A DNA stretch of 64,000 nucleotides from Okamejei kenojei (Eukaryota): NCBI GenBank assembly GCA_035221665.1, contig CM069160.1, positions 30,566,001 to 30,630,000 on the forward strand, read 5' to 3'. Of the stretch, positions 37,331 through 50,869 are shown piece after piece. The position numbers and the translations under genes are program-made. The first letter of the stretch is position 1; each line of letters starts with the position of its first letter. The notes beneath the pieces are model-generated. The model had not been told where the DNA came from and ran no database searches. It worked only from the letters and a program-made list of their open reading frames with translations.

Positions 37331-37650
37331 AGCCCTGTCCCACTGTACGAGTTCATTCGAAGAGTTCTCCCGAGTTTGCCCTGATTCGAACTCGGAGATA
37401 TACGGTAATGGCCGCTCGTCGGTACTCGGGATTCTCGTGGACATTTTCAACATGTCGAAAAATCTTCACGAGTCTTCCCGAGCCTACCCGCCGTTAGCGA
37501 GCCTTCCCGAGTACCTGCCATTAGCGCTGAGAGACGTCCCCGAGCTCCGAAGTACCCGCTACGTTCATTCTCCATGCTAGCAGGAGTTTGATTTTTTTTT
37601 TTTAACTCGGGAGAGCTCTTGAATGAACTCGCATCGTGGGACAGGGCCAT
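37331..37650. mobile_element. MITE with G(G/C)CCTGTCCCACT termini (Harbinger-like); relatives at about 38687-38927, 39794-39960, 44868-45170, 61817-62078
   Basis: Terminal inverted repeats ..CCTGTCCCAC / GTGGGACAGG..; 3-bp TWA-like flanks in some copies. Confidence 0.75.
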
Positions 37651-37771
37651 TACTCATCCTCCACCTACACGCCAGGGGCAATTTACAGAGGACCAGTCAA
37701 CGTACAAAACCTGCACGTCTTTGGGATGTGTGAGAGGAAACCGGAGCATCCTGAGAAACCCCATGTGGTCT

Positions 37772-38405
37772 TGTCGTGGCCCAAATATGCTTAAAAGGAC
37801 AGGCAAATAAAATCAGTATTAGCAGTAATCTTTAACCTGCCAGGCGGGTGTAGTACAAATCCCTTTACACTACGCTAATAACAGACTATAGGGAAATCCC
37901 CACACACACAGACAATGATTCACTACATGTAGATATATATCCCAATATTTGACGATTCAGCAATACGTTATCTATAAGGTTAGTTCAGCCTCTTGCTTCT
38001 TAAGATGGACAGATCCTTAAGATGGACAGCATCGCAAGATTGACAGAAGAGTGACAGGTTATTCTGATAGAGGAAGGGTTATTCATATATGGATATATGA
38101 GAAGGTTACATTTCTGCAGAACAAGCATTTTGGTTTTTTCTCCGAATGATGTACATCGTAATCTAGTCAGTCTGAATTTTCTCCTATGTTTCTGTTACAA
38201 AGGAGACATTAGAGAAACTTGTGCGTGTTATCTCGCTTATGTTATTAGAAAGAGGAACATCGCCAGTCTGCTGACCTTGTTAAGTACTGGAGGCAAGGGT
38301 TAGCACTTGTTTTGCTAGCTTAGCAATTCGATAGAGGAAGGTTAAAACTTGTCATCATTTCAGCGGACTCCATTTTGTATTTTTAAATAATGATGAACTT
38401 CCACA
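37772..38405. mobile_element. Probable solo LTR inserted in a SINE
   Basis: TGT...ACA termini, about 634 bp, interrupts a SINE that resumes at 38406; imperfect 4-bp flank repeat gtct/ttct. Confidence 0.5.
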
Positions 38406-39199
38406 TTCTCAGGGAGAATGTGCAAACTCCACACACACACAGGCAGCACCTGAGGTCAGGAGTGAACCCGGGTCTCTGGTTCTGTGAGGCAGCAACTGCC
38501 ATTTGCAGTATAATTTGTCAATATAATTTTGATAGAATTCAGTATCTGAGCTTACAGCTGAGATTTGATCATATCATTGAAACGTATAAGATTATTAAGT
38601 GTTTGGACACGCTAGAGGCAGGTAACATGTTCCCAATGTTTGGGGAGTTCAGAACTAGGGGCCACAGTTTAAGATGAAGAGGTAAAGGGTCTGTTCCACT
38701 TGCCGATTTTTTTTTGGCGATAGCCGGCGTCATATCAGGGTCTCCAAAAGATTTGAACATTTCAAAATCCAGCGGCGACAAAAAAAATGTTGCTACACTT
38801 GAAAAAACACCGCGCGTCAAAACGCCATCACGCCACATCATCGCCGCGTCACGCCGCTTATTTTTCGGTGAACGTCAGTTAATGATGTCGGCAGTCGCCG
38901 AAAAAATCATCACGCGGGACAGGCCCTTATGCCATTTAGAACGGAGATGAGGAACCGCATTTTCAAACAGAGAGTTGTGACTCTGTGGAGTTCTCTGCCT
39001 CAGAGGGCAATGGACGCCGGTTCTCTGGAAACTTTCAAGAGAGAGCTAGATAGGGCTCTTGAATATAGCGGAGTCAAGGGATATGGGGAGAAGGCAGGAA
39101 CGGGGTACTGATTGTGGATGTCGGCCTTGATCACATTGAATGGCGGTGCTGGCTTGAAGGGCCGAATGGCCTACTCCTCTGCACCTATTATCTATTGAG

Positions 39200-39555
39200 T
39201 CCAAGTACCTTGGAGTGTACCTGGATAGTAAACTGGACTGGTCCAAGAATGGTGAGGCCCTGTACGAGAAGGGACAGAGCCATCTATACTTCCTCAGGAG
39301 GCTCTGCTCCTTCAACGTCTGCAGTAAGATGCTGCAGACACTCTACCATTCAGTGGTGGCCACTCTTCTCTGTCGTGTGTGCTGGGGCAGCAGGGCAAAC
39401 GCCGCAGATGCCAACAGGATTAACAAGCTCATCAGTAAGGCCGGCTCCGTCCTGGGGGCGGAGTTGGATTCACGGGAGGTGGTCTCGGAGGGGAGGATGC
39501 TCCTCAAACTGCGGAGCATCTTAGATAATACAGCTCACCCCCTCCATGACACACT
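39200..39555 (+). mobile_element. Rex1/Babar-type LINE fragment
   Basis: YLGVYLDSKLDWS..KGQSHLYFLRRL..ILDNTAHPLH. Confidence 0.85.
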
Positions 39556-40038
39556 GAAGCAAGGAACTGCAGGTGCTGTTTTTTGTACTAAAGTCAGACA
39601 CAAAGCTCTGGAGTGACTGCGCGGGCCAGGCAGCATCTCTGGAAAAAAAGGGATGGGTGGGCGACATTTCGGGTCGGGACCCTTCTTCGGACTCACCTTT
39701 CGCGTTAACTTGGGACCCGTCTGGAGAAGTATCCCGACCCGAAACCTCACCCATCCCTTGTCTCCAGAGATGCTGCCTGACCCACTGAGTTATGGGCCTG
39801 TCCCACTTAGGCGATTTTTTTTGTGTCAACAGGCGCCTGCCACAAAGTTTTCAACATGTTGAAAATTTCTCGGCGACAGTGCGACAATTTCTGCTGTCGT
39901 AGGTTGTGGGTGAATTCCATTAAAATTAGTCCCTGGCAGTCGCCTAAGTGGGACAGGCCCATTCAAGCACTTGGTGCTGACCGTTGCAATCTAATAGCCC
40001 TGTTCTCTTGCCGACAAAGATCATATGATCATTGCTTG

Positions 40039-40199
40039 CCAATCCCATGATTAGTTTCCCTTTGCCCGTCCCACCCATTTATACTTAACTTTTTGGTGAA
40101 ACGGCTTTTTTTTGGGCGGGGGATCCCTGAGTCAACCGGGTCTCGGGCCCGGGGGGGTGGGTTTAGCGGCCGCGCCAGGGCATTCATCGGGGGAGTGAG
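40039..40199 (+). promoter_or_regulatory. Putative promoter and non-coding first exon of gene 2
   Basis: CCAAT at 40039, ISRE-like AGTTTCCCTTTG at 40053-40064, CpG-rich segment, donor GAG|gtgagt at 40199/40200; lies upstream of an SP exon that has an acceptor. Confidence 0.45.
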
Positions 40200-41798
40200 G
40201 TGAGTTTCAGGGACTGAAAGCGCTCCTCGGTTTGCCAGCGAGAGTCGTTAAAAGGGAAACCCCCGGGGCGCCGTTCGGGTCCGAAGTCCGGGTTGGTGCG
40301 GTTCAGGGAGTTAAGGCGGCAGTCGGTGACTGACTGACTGATCGGGAGAAGTGGTGGGACGTATTTCTTTATTTATTCCCAGGCACCCACCCGTTTCCAA
40401 TCTCCGACAAGCAGATTTTCGCTGCGAGGCCGTCGATTTGACATAAGGGGGTAAAACTTCCTGGTGCATGTTCTGAAATTCTGGGCGGAGCAGTGGTGGA
40501 CCTGGGAGCGGCACTAGGAACTGCAGGCGCTAGTAACCAGGAAAAGTGCCGAAGGGCAACTCGGAGGGTCGTAGAGTGACACCGCGTGGAAACAGACTCC
40601 TCGGTCTAACTTGCCCACACCGGCCAACTTGTCCCAGCTACACTAGTCCCACCTGGTGACCTGCCTTGGACAGGTTTGGCCCATGTCCCTCCAAACCTGC
40701 CCTATCCATGTACCTGTCCAACTGTTTCTTAAACGATGCAATAGTCCCAGCCTCAACTACCTCCTCTGGCAGCTTGTTCCATGCACCCACCCACCACCCT
40801 TTGTGTGGAAAAGTTACCCCTCAGAATCCTATTAAATCTTTCCCCTTCAAACTGGACACGCTAGATGCAGGAATAAAAACGTTCCCAATGTTGGGGGAGT
40901 CCAGAACTAGGGGCCACAGACTAAGAATAAAGAGGAAAGTAGACAAAAATGCTGGAGAAACTCAGCGGGTGAGGCAGCATCTATGGAGCGAAGGAAATAG
41001 GCGACGTTTCGGGTCGAGGCCATTCTTCAGACTGACCCGAAATGTCACCTCTCCATAGATGCTGCCTCACCCGCTGTGTTTCTCCAGCATTTATGTCTAC
41101 CTTCGATTTTTCCAGCATCTGCAGTTCTTTCTTAAGAATAAAGGGGAGGCCATTTAAAACTGAGATGCGAAAAAACATTTTCTCCCAGAGAGTTGTGAAT
41201 TTGTGGAACTTTTCTGTCGCGGTAGGCAGTAGAGGCCGATTCACTGGATGAATTTAAAAGGGAGTTAGATATAGCTCCAGGGGCTATTGGAATCAAGGGA
41301 TATGGGGAGAAGGCAGGCACGGGTTACTGATTGTGGATGATCAGCGGGTGAGGCAGCATCTATGGAGCGAAGGAAATAGGCAACGTTTCTGGTCGAAAGA
41401 AGGGTCTCGACCCAAAACGTTGCCTATTTCCTTCGCTCCATAGATGCTGCCTCACCCGCTGAGTTTCTCCAGCATTTTTGTCTACCTTCTATGTTTCTAT
41501 GTTCACCTTAAACCTATGTCCTCAGGTCTTCGATTTACCTAGCCTGGGCAAGAGACTCTGTGCATTTACCCGATCAATTCCTCTCATGATTTTATACACC
41601 TATAAAATAGGTCAGGTAGCATCTGTGGAGGGAATGGACAGTTGATGTTTCGGATCAAGACCCTTCTTCAGATCAGCTGAGTTACCCCCATTGCTTGTAG
41701 AAACAAGGAACTGCAGATGCTGGTTAATAAACAAAAGGACACAAAGTGCTGGTGTATCTCAGCGGATCAGGCAGCATCTCTGAACATGGATAGGTGAC

Positions 41799-43455
41799 AA
41801 TAGACAATAGGTGCAGGAGCAGGCCATTCAGCCCTTCAAGCCAGCACCGCCATTCAATGTGATCATGGCTGATCATCCCCAATCAGTACCCCGTTCCTGC
41901 CTTCTCCCCATATCCCCTGACTCCGCTATTTTTAAGAGGTCTTTCTAACTCTCCCTTGAAAGCATAGAGAGGACCGGCCTCCACTGCCATGTGAGGCAGA
42001 GAATTCCGACTAACCATATAACAATTACAGCACAGAAACAGGCCCTCTCGGCCCTTCCAGTCCATGCCGACCATTTGTTTTCCCCTAGTCCCATCTACCT
42101 GCACTCAGACCATACCCCTCCATTCCCTTCACATCCATATACCTATCCACTTTACTTTTAAATGTTAAAATCGATCCTGCCTCCACCACTTCTGCTGGAA
42201 GCTCATTCCACACAGCCACCACCCTCTGAGTAAAGAAGTTCCCCCTCACGTTACCCCTAAACTTCTGTCCCTTAATTCTCATGTCATGCCCTCTTGTTTG
42301 AATCTTCCCTACCCTCAATGGGAGAAGCTTATCCACATCAACTCTGTCTATCCCTTTCATCATTTTAAAGACCTCAATCAAGTCCCCACTTAACCTTCTG
42401 CGCTCCAAAGAATAAAGACCTAACTTGTTCAACCTTTCTCTGTAACATAGTTGCTGGAACCCAGGCAACATTCTAGTAAATCTCCTCTGTACTCTCTCTA
42501 TTTTGTTGACATCCTTCCTATAATTAGGCGACCAAAATTGTACACCATACTCCAGAATTGGTCTTACCAATGCCTTGTACAATTTTAACATTACTTCCCT
42601 ACTCCTATATTCAATGCTCTGATTTATAAAGGCCAGCACACCAAAGGCTTTCTTTACCACCCTATCTACATGCGATTCCACCTTCAGGGAACTATGCACA
42701 ATTATTCCTAGATCCCTCTGTTCCACAGCATTCCTCAATTCCCTACCATTTACCATGTATGTCCTATTTTGATTTGTCCTGCCAAGATGTAGCACTTCAC
42801 ACTTAACAGCATTAAACTCCATCTGCCATCTTTCAGCCCACTTTTCCAAATGGCCCAAATCTCTCTGTCGACTTTGAAAATCTACTTCATTATCCACAAC
42901 ACCACCTATCTTAGTATCATCTGCATACTTACTTATCCAATTTTCCACCCCATCATCCAGATCATTGATGTAATTCCACAGACTCACAACTCTCTGCGTG
43001 AAAAGGTATTTCCTCATCTCCGTTCTTAATGGCTTACCCCTTGTTCCTAAACTGTGGCCCCTGGTTCTGGACTCCCCCAACATCGGGAGCATGTTTCCTG
43101 CCCCTAGTGTGTCCAATCCCTTAATAATCTTATATGTTTCAATAAGAGTCCCTCTCATCCTTCTAAACTCCAGAGTATACAAGCCCAGCCACTCCATTCT
43201 CTCAACATATGATAGACCCGCCATCCCGGGAATTAACCTTGTTGAACCTACCCTGCACTCCCTCAATAGCAAGAATGTCCTTCCTCAAATTTGGAGACCA
43301 AAACTGCACACAATACTCCAGGTGTGGTCTCACTAGGGCCCTGTACACCTGCAGAAGGACCTCTTTGCTCCTATTCTCAACTCCTCTTGTTATGAAGGCC
43401 AACGTGCCATTTGCTTTCTTCACTGCCTGCCGTACCTGAATGCTTACTTTCTGTG
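41799..43455 (-). mobile_element. Nested CR1 LINEs (second subfamily at about 42010-42972 inserted in a first)
   Basis: YADDTKIGG-containing segment interrupts LWNSLP of the host element; aattcc occurs on both sides. Confidence 0.88.
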
Positions 43456-43859
43456 ACGATTCAGGGATGTAGATGTTTAAGAAAGAACTGCAGATGCTGA
43501 AAAAATCAAAGCTAGTCAAAAAATGCTGGAGAAACTCAGCAGGTGAGGCAGCATGTATGGAGGGAAGGAATAGGTGACCTTTATCTGAAGAAGAGTCTAG
43601 CCCCGAAACGTCACCTATTCCTTCGCTCCATAGATGCTGCCTCACCCGCTGAGTTTCTCCAGGGATGTAGATGGGTGTTGGGGACTGCTCTCTAGTTGGT
43701 GAGAGGATGGTTCAGTTGCCTGATAACAGCTGGGAGGAAAACTGTCCCTGAAACTGGAGGTGTGCGTCTTCACGCTTCTTGCCTAATGGGAGAGGGGAGA
43801 AGAGGGAGTGACTGGGGGTGAGACTGGTCCTTGATTATGCTGCTGGCCTTTTCTTTAAA

Positions 43860-44540
43860 GTGTCATAAACAATATTTATAAATAAATGAATTGAATGTGT
43901 CCAAAAAGGAGCAGGAATAAGCCAAAGCTTATTAATTCCCACCCATTATTCAAAAAAAGATAGAAAAAAAATTGAAAAAAAACCCCTCATGTACTATACA
44001 GTATCTCTTAGTCATACCCATCACCCTATAATCACCCTTCCCAATACAATCAGCATAACAAATATGCCACTTACAATCACGTATCCTCATCCCAATATCC
44101 TTTTAAAAAAGTGTTTTTGCACATCTTTTTTAACTGAATTATGTTTGTGCTAAGTTTTATCTCCTGTTCCAGACCATTCCACAAATTCACCCCACAGATT
44201 GCTATGCACATACTTTTTAAGAGTTGTTCTGACATTGAGTTTTTTAAAATTAAGTTCCCCTCTCAAATTATACCTGCCCTGTCTTTCCATAAACAGTTTT
44301 TGTATATTTCCCGGAAGTAAAATGATTTCTTGCTTTGCACATGATTTGTGCAGTCTTAAATTTAACCATATCGGTGAACTTCAGGGTATGTGACTTTAAC
44401 AATAATAAATTGGAATGGTCCATATATCCAACGTTATTGATGATTCTTATGGCTCTTTTTTGTAATGTGCATAATGGCTGTAGGTTGGTTTTGTAAGAGT
44501 TACCCCATATCTCCACACAGTAACTCATATCTGGCAATAT
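43860..44540 (-). mobile_element. L2/Crack-type LINE 3' fragment
   Basis: YCVEIWGNSYKTNLQPLCTLQKRAIRII. Confidence 0.75.
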
Positions 44541-44688
44541 GGCAGATGTGCCTTGCTGAGGCAGTGTGAAGTGCAGATGGAGTCGACGGGAGGGAGGTTG
44601 GTTTGCGTGATGGTCTGGGCTATGACGTGGGATAAATATTCAGAACCATGTATTTTTTCCTTGTTTCGTGCGTGGCTATTCTACACAG

Positions 44689-44757
44689 GTCTGACAGACA
44701 TGAAAGAATATTATCTCCCTCTGCTTTTACTTCCTGGAATTCTGTTTCCAGCAAATG
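44689..44757 (+). CDS. Butyrophilin-like gene 2, signal-peptide exon (ATG 44700; MKEYYLPLLLLPGILFPAN-G)
   Basis: Acceptor ctacacag|, donor G|gtaagc, 58 coding nt (phase 1), hydrophobic core. Confidence 0.85.
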
Positions 44758-46744
44758 GTAAGCAACACTGGCATTTATATTTTTTAATTAATAAATAAAT
44801 AATGTTTGAGAATGTGAACTTATACTTGAGCAGTGAGCTATCAACGGAAGAGCACTTAGAATGTAAAAGCCCTGTCCCACTGTACGAGTTCATTCAAGAG
44901 TTCTCCCCGAGTTTGCCCTGATTCAAACTCGGAAATTTACGGTAATGGCCGCTCGTAAGTACTCGGGGCTCTCGTGGACATTTTTCTTCACGAGAAAAAT
45001 CTTCACGAGTCTTCCCGAGCTTACCTGCCGTTAGCGAATCTTCCCAAGTACCTGCCGTTAGCGTTACGAGCCGCAAAGAGACATCCCCAAGCTCCGACGT
45101 ACCCGCTACGGTCATTCTCCGTGCTTACCGCGAGTTTGATTTGAATTAACTCGTACAGTGGGACAGGCCATACGTTAGCAACGGTACAGGGAAAAACAAC
45201 ATCTGAACAAGTTTTTCAGGTTCAGCAAAGATTCAGAATCTGAAATCTGTTGTGTTGAAGGAATATTTGAATAGTCGAGCAGGTCTCAGATTTCAAGCAA
45301 TACTTTAACAAAATGGCTGCTGTCTGTACGGAGTTTGCACGTTCTCCCTGCAATTGCGTGGGTCTTCATCCGGGTGCTCTGGTTTCCTTCCACTTTCCAA
45401 GGACGTGCGACGCGCGGGTTTGTAGGTTAAGTGGCTTCTGTAAATTGTCCCCACCGTGTAGCATAGAACTAGTGTATGGGGTATTCGCTGGTCAGAGCAG
45501 ACTCGCTGGGGCATAGGGCCTGTTTCCATGATGTATCTCTAAACTAAACTGAACTAAACTAATGCGTCAAAATTATTTAATTATTCACCGTAGTTCCTTG
45601 CAGAATATCTCAACTAAAAACGAACATAAACTTAGAAAGGAGATGAAGGGGAATTTAATTAGTCAGAGGGTGGTGAAACTGTTCTTCTTCTTGCGTTTGA
45701 GGCAGAAGAAGTGGTGAGGCCTTCTGCATTCTGCTTCTTCAGGGTGATGTCATCCGGTTGGACATCCGTAGGAGCCGACCTAAGAAGGGTGCATGCTCTG
45801 GGTTGGCACCAAGCTGCGGTGACTGCGGTTGCATTAGGGCTTCTGCTTCTGCTGCTGTCTCTGTTTGTTGTTAATAGACAATAGAAATATAGAAACATAG
45901 AAATTAGGTGCAGGAGCAGGAGATTCGGCCCTTCGAGCCTGCACCGCCATTAAATATGATCATGGCTGATCATCCAACTCAGTATCCTGTACCTGCCTTC
46001 TCTCCATACCCCCTGATCCCTTTAGCCACAAGGGCCACATCTAACTCCCTCTTAAATATAGCTAATGAATTGGCCTCAACTACCTTCTGTGGCAGAGAAT
46101 TCCAGAGACTCACCACTCTCTGTGTGAGAAATGTTTTCCTCATCTAGGTCCTAAAGGAATTCCCCCTTATCCTTAGACTGTGACCCCTTGTTCTGGACCT
46201 CCCCAACATCGGGAACATTCTTCCTGCATCTCGCCTATCCAACCCTTAAGAATTTTGTACGTTTCAATAAGATCCCCCCTCAGTCTTCTAAATTCAAGCC
46301 GAGTCTATCCAGTCTTTCCTGAAAGTCCTGGCATCCCAGAAATCAATAGGTGTAGGAGTAGGCCATTTGGCCATTGGAGCCTTAAACTGTGGCCCCTGGT
46401 TCTGGACTCCCTCAACATTGGGAATATGTATCCTAACTCTAGCGTGTCCAGACCCTTAATCACGGGTCGCAGTTTCAGAATAAGGGGTAAGCCATTTAGA
46501 ACGAAGACGAGGAAACACTTTTTCACACAGAGAGTGGTGAGTCTGTGGAATTCTCTGCCTCAGAGGGCGGTGGAGGCCGGTTTTTCTGGATACTTTCAAG
46601 AGAAAGCTAGATAGGGCTATTGAAGACAGGGGATATGGGGAGAAGGCACTAACGGGGTACTGATTTGTGGATGATCAGCCATGATCACATTGAATGGCGG
46701 TGCTGGCTCGAAGGGCCGAATGGCCTACTCCTGCACCTATTGTC

Positions 46745-47055
46745 TATTGATGTATGGCGGGGTAGACCCGATGGGCTGAATGGCCTAATTCTGCACCCAT
46801 TATCTATTGTCTATAATGTATGGCGGGGTAGACTCGATGGGCCGAATGGCTTAATTCTGCACCTATTATCTATTGTCTATGATGTATGGCAGGGTAGACT
46901 CGATGGGCTGAATGGCCTAATTCTACATCTATTATCTATTGTCTATGATGTATGGTGGGGTAGACTCGATGGGCTGAATGGCCTAATTCTACATCTATTG
47001 TCTATGATGTATGGCGGGGTAGACTCGATGGGCCGAATGGCCTAATTCTGCTCCT
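46745..47055 (+). repeat. 66-bp minisatellite (about five units) derived from CR1 3' ends
   Basis: TATGG(C/T)(G/A)GGGTAGAC recurs at 46753, 46819, 46885, 46951 and 47010. Confidence 0.9.
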
Positions 47056-47104
47056 GTGACGTGAACATTTCCTGACATTTCGCTTTTTTTAAAACCGTGC
47101 GCAG

Positions 47105-47459
47105 CAGTCAAGTTCACAATCGTTGGCCCAGACCGGCCCGTTTGTAGGAGTCGTGGGCGAAACAGTGACACTGGAATGTCACCTCGAGCCCAAGGAACCG
47201 ATTGACAAGATGACCGTCCCGGTGGCTAAAGTCAGACCTCGACTTTGCGGTTCACATGTTCAGAAACGGCAAGGACGTGACCAATACGCAAGACGATGAT
47301 TACAGAGGGACGGACCGAGCTGTTCAAGGACCAAATGGTGGAAGGAAACGCATCCCTCAGGATAAAGGACATCAAAGTTACCGATGAGGGGAACTATATT
47401 TGCTCAGTTTGACAATGGGGTTGTCTTTGAAGAAACTCCAATTGACTTGAAAGTTGGAG
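47105..47459 (+). CDS. Butyrophilin-like gene 2, IgV exon (four single-base homopolymer insertions)
   Basis: After removing four extra bases: AVKFTIVGPDRPVVGVVGETVTLECHLEPKEPIDKMTVRWLK..VHMFRNGKD..YRGRTELFKDQMVEGNASLRIKDIKVTDEGNYICSV..IDLKVG. Splice sites gcag|(cag) and G|gttagt. Confidence 0.88.
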
Positions 47460-48119
47460 GTTAGTGCACACGTTATTAATAGACAAACATATTACATTGG
47501 TCATTGTCTGACGAATTGATAGTAGACTTTGGGGCAACCCCCCCCCATTCCCTCACCCCATTCACCATCAATAAAACCACATTCATATCTGTGGTGGAGA
47601 AAAATGCTGGAGAAACGCCACGGGTGAGGCAGCATCTACGGAGCGAAGGAATAGTGGGGGGGGGGGGAGGGGGAATTCAAGGGTTACCTGAAAAATCAAT
47701 GTTCAAAATCAACCTGGGTTGTAAGGTGCCCAAGCGAAATATGAGATATTGTTCCTCCAATTTGCATGTGGCCTCACTCTGACAGTGGAGGAGACCCGGG
47801 ACAGAAAGGTCAGTACGGGAATGGGAAGGGGAGTTGAAATGTTTGCCAACCGGCTGATCACAAGGGCTAAGGTGGACTGGGCGTTAAAAAGCGTCAGCGA
47901 AGGAATCTTAGGCAGACATAATTGCTGGAGAAACTCAGCGGGTGAGGCAGCATCAACGGAGCGAAGGAACAGGTGACGTTTCGGGTCGAGTCCCTTCTTC
48001 AGGCATCTCGACCTGAAATGTCGCCTATTCCTTTGCTCCATAGATGCTGCCTCACCTGCTGAGCTTCTCCAGCATTTTATTTCTACCTTCGATTTTTCCA
48101 GCATCTGCAGTTCCTTCTT

Positions 48120-48850
48120 AAACACCATCAACATCACAGTCACATCTGTGGAGTCTTTTAAGTTCCTGGGAACCATCATCTCCGAGGGGTCTTAAATGGG
48201 GGGGGGGGGGGGGGTGGCGGGCGCGGGCGCGGAGGGACACCATCGACTCCACAGTGAAAAAGAAGGCACCGCAGAGGATGTATTCCTGTGGCAGCTGTGG
48301 AAGCACAATCTGCCACAGGGCAATGATGGTCCAATTCTACACGGCCATCGTAGAGTCTGTCCTCAACTTCTCTCGTCAATTGGTCTGGTTTGGCTCAGCA
48401 CCCAGCACGGACATCCGGAGCTGCAGCGAATCGTCCGACCAGCTGCAAAGGTTATTGGCTGCAGCCTTCCCTCCATTGACGAACTGTACACTGCAAGGGC
48501 CAGGAATGCGAGCGGGTAAGATCATCTCTGACCCCTTCTCACCCTGGCCACAAACTCTTTGAATCACTTCCCTCTGGAAGGCGACTCCGGACTGTCAAAG
48601 CTGCCCACAGGCAGACATAAAAACCAGTAGTATCTCTACTCAATAACCAAAAATCTGTAGCCCTCCTTTTTGCTCTAATATTTTATTTAATTCACATGTT
48701 TAATCGATAAGTTTTATTATTAAAGCTAATGTTTTGTGTCATTCCTTACTGTCACTGGTCTTGTCATGTTGTCACTTTTGGGCGGTGCACCAAGGCAAAT
48801 TCCTTGTATGTGAATATGGTTGGCAATTAAACTTATCCATTCATTTCATT
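48120..48850 (+). mobile_element. Rex1/Babar-type LINE 3' fragment
   Basis: FKFLGTII..KKA.QRMY..FYTAIVESVL; (cattc)n-like tail. Confidence 0.8.
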
Positions 48851-50553
48851 AATTCAGTTCTGAAGATGTGTCCCGACCCGTAATGTCACCTAGATTAGTT
48901 TTATATCATTGTCACATGGCTGAGGTACAGTGAAAACGCACTTATGCTATAAAGCAAGTAAAGGACTACTGAAAACAATCAAGCTGTCCACTGCGGCAAG
49001 ATAAATGATTCATAAGAGTAGATTATTAAGTCCAAATAAAGTCTCAGTAAAGGAAAGTTCATATCGGACTTCATGAAAGAATGGGGTTGACTGGGCTTGT
49101 AATCACTGGAATCTTTGAGGCGTGAGGGCTCTTATAGAATCATTCACAGTCTTAAACGATTTGGGACGTGCAGGTACAGTAGGCAGTGATGAAGAAACCC
49201 GAAATGGCATGTTGGTCTTCATAACAAGAGGAGTAGAGTATAGGAGCAAAGAGGTTCCTTCTGCAGTTGTACATAGCCCTAGTGAGACCGCACCTTGGGT
49301 ATTGTGTGCAAATTAGGGTCTCCTAATTTGAGGAAGGCATTTATTGCTATTGAGGGAGTTGAGTATAGGAATTAATCAGGTTCACCTGGTTAATTTTCCG
49401 GAATGGCGGGACTCGACATATGATTGAAATAAGGTCGACTGGGCTTGTATCACTGGAATTTAGAAGGATGAGGGGGGAATCTTATAGAAGTATATCAGTT
49501 CTTCAAGGATTGGACGGGCTAGATGTTGGGGGAGTCAGAACAGGGGTTCACAGTTCAGGAAACAAGGGGTAGGCAAGCCATTTAGGACTGTGATGAGTAA
49601 AAACTTTTGTCACCCAGAGAATTGTGAATCTGTGGAATTCTCTAGCCTCAGAAGCATTGGGAGCCTTTCTCTGAATGCTTTCCAAGAGAAATTTCGATAG
49701 AGCTTTAAAGATGGCGGGATCACTTAGACAATAGGTGCAGGAGGTCGGCATTCGACACTCAGCCAGCACCACCATACATAGAATCATAGAAAAATAGGTG
49801 CAGGGAGTAGGCCATTCGAGCCTTGCCACCGCCATTTCAATATGGATCATGGATGATCCATTCCAAACTCAGTATCCTGTACCTGCCTTCTCTCCCATAC
49901 CCCCTGATCCCTTAGCCACAAGGGCCACATCTAACTCCCTTTAAATATAGTCAATGAACTCGGCCTCAACTACCTTCTGTGGCAGAGAATTCCGACTCTA
50001 CCACTGCTGTGTGTGAAAATCTTTTTCTCATCTCTGCCCTAAAAGACTTCACCTTAGCCTTATACTGTGACCCCTTGGTTCTGGAGTTCCCCAACATCGG
50101 GAACATCTTCCTGCATCTAGCCTGTCACAAACCCTTAGAAATTTTGTAAGTCTCTATAAGATCCCCCCTCATCTTCTAAATTCCTGCGATCACTGTGGTA
50201 GTGGCTGATCAATCCACAAGCAGTACCCCGTTCCTGCCTTTCTCCCCGTACCCCTGACTCCGCTATCTTTATGACCCTATCTAATATATTGGGATCACTC
50301 CCATTTCTCCCTAGTTATGGGATATGGGGAGAAGGCAGGAACGGTGGGGTACTGATATGGTGGATGAACTGCCATGATCACAGTGAAATGGCGGTGATGG
50401 TTCGAATTAGGGCCGAATGGCCTACTACTGCAACTAGTGTCTATTGTACTGCCGATGGGCCCCAAATATCCTAAACCTGCTCCTATGAATTTATGAACTT
50501 ATGAACTTGTTGCTAAATTCTATGTTATACTTGAATCCTTGTTAATCTTATAG

Positions 50554-50854
50554 GTTTGGGTTCATGACCACTGGATCTACATACAGAGGCGATATGAGGA
50601 AAAGTGGAATTCAGATTGGTCTGTGAGTCTAATGGCTGGTATCACGCTCCATCGATACATGGGATTTCGTGGCGAGAAAGGAGAAAGAGAATTTAACTTT
50701 TAAAATGCTGATATAAATTACAGCAGGATTCGAAACAACTTATTATGCCAGAGCAAAGTAACTTGTATCACAAGGTTTCGACAAACAAGGTTCAGCTGTA
50801 TTTTATTGGAATCGAGTATTGGCGGATAGAACAGGAGCCTTATTGAGATCGCAG
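50554..50854 (+). CDS. Butyrophilin-like gene 2, IgC exon (indel-degraded)
   Basis: tag|GT TTG GG.. start, recognisable SGIQ-LVCESNGWY segment, end IEIA G|gtttgt; multiple indels. Confidence 0.7.
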
Positions 50855-50869
50855 GTTTGTATATTGTCA

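Noticed and set aside
39995-40045. MHC-type S-X-Y module upstream of gene 2
   Set aside because: Only loose X-box similarity, and the CCAAT orientation differs from the canonical Y box.
42085-43272. 395-aa RT-like ORF as a gene or intact LINE
   Set aside because: Chance in-frame fusion of two nested CR1 fragments; the C-terminal motifs occur twice.
46665-47045. ORF with 22-aa Leu-rich repeats, or a CRISPR-like array
   Set aside because: Translation of a 66-bp minisatellite; no unique spacers, and the context is vertebrate.
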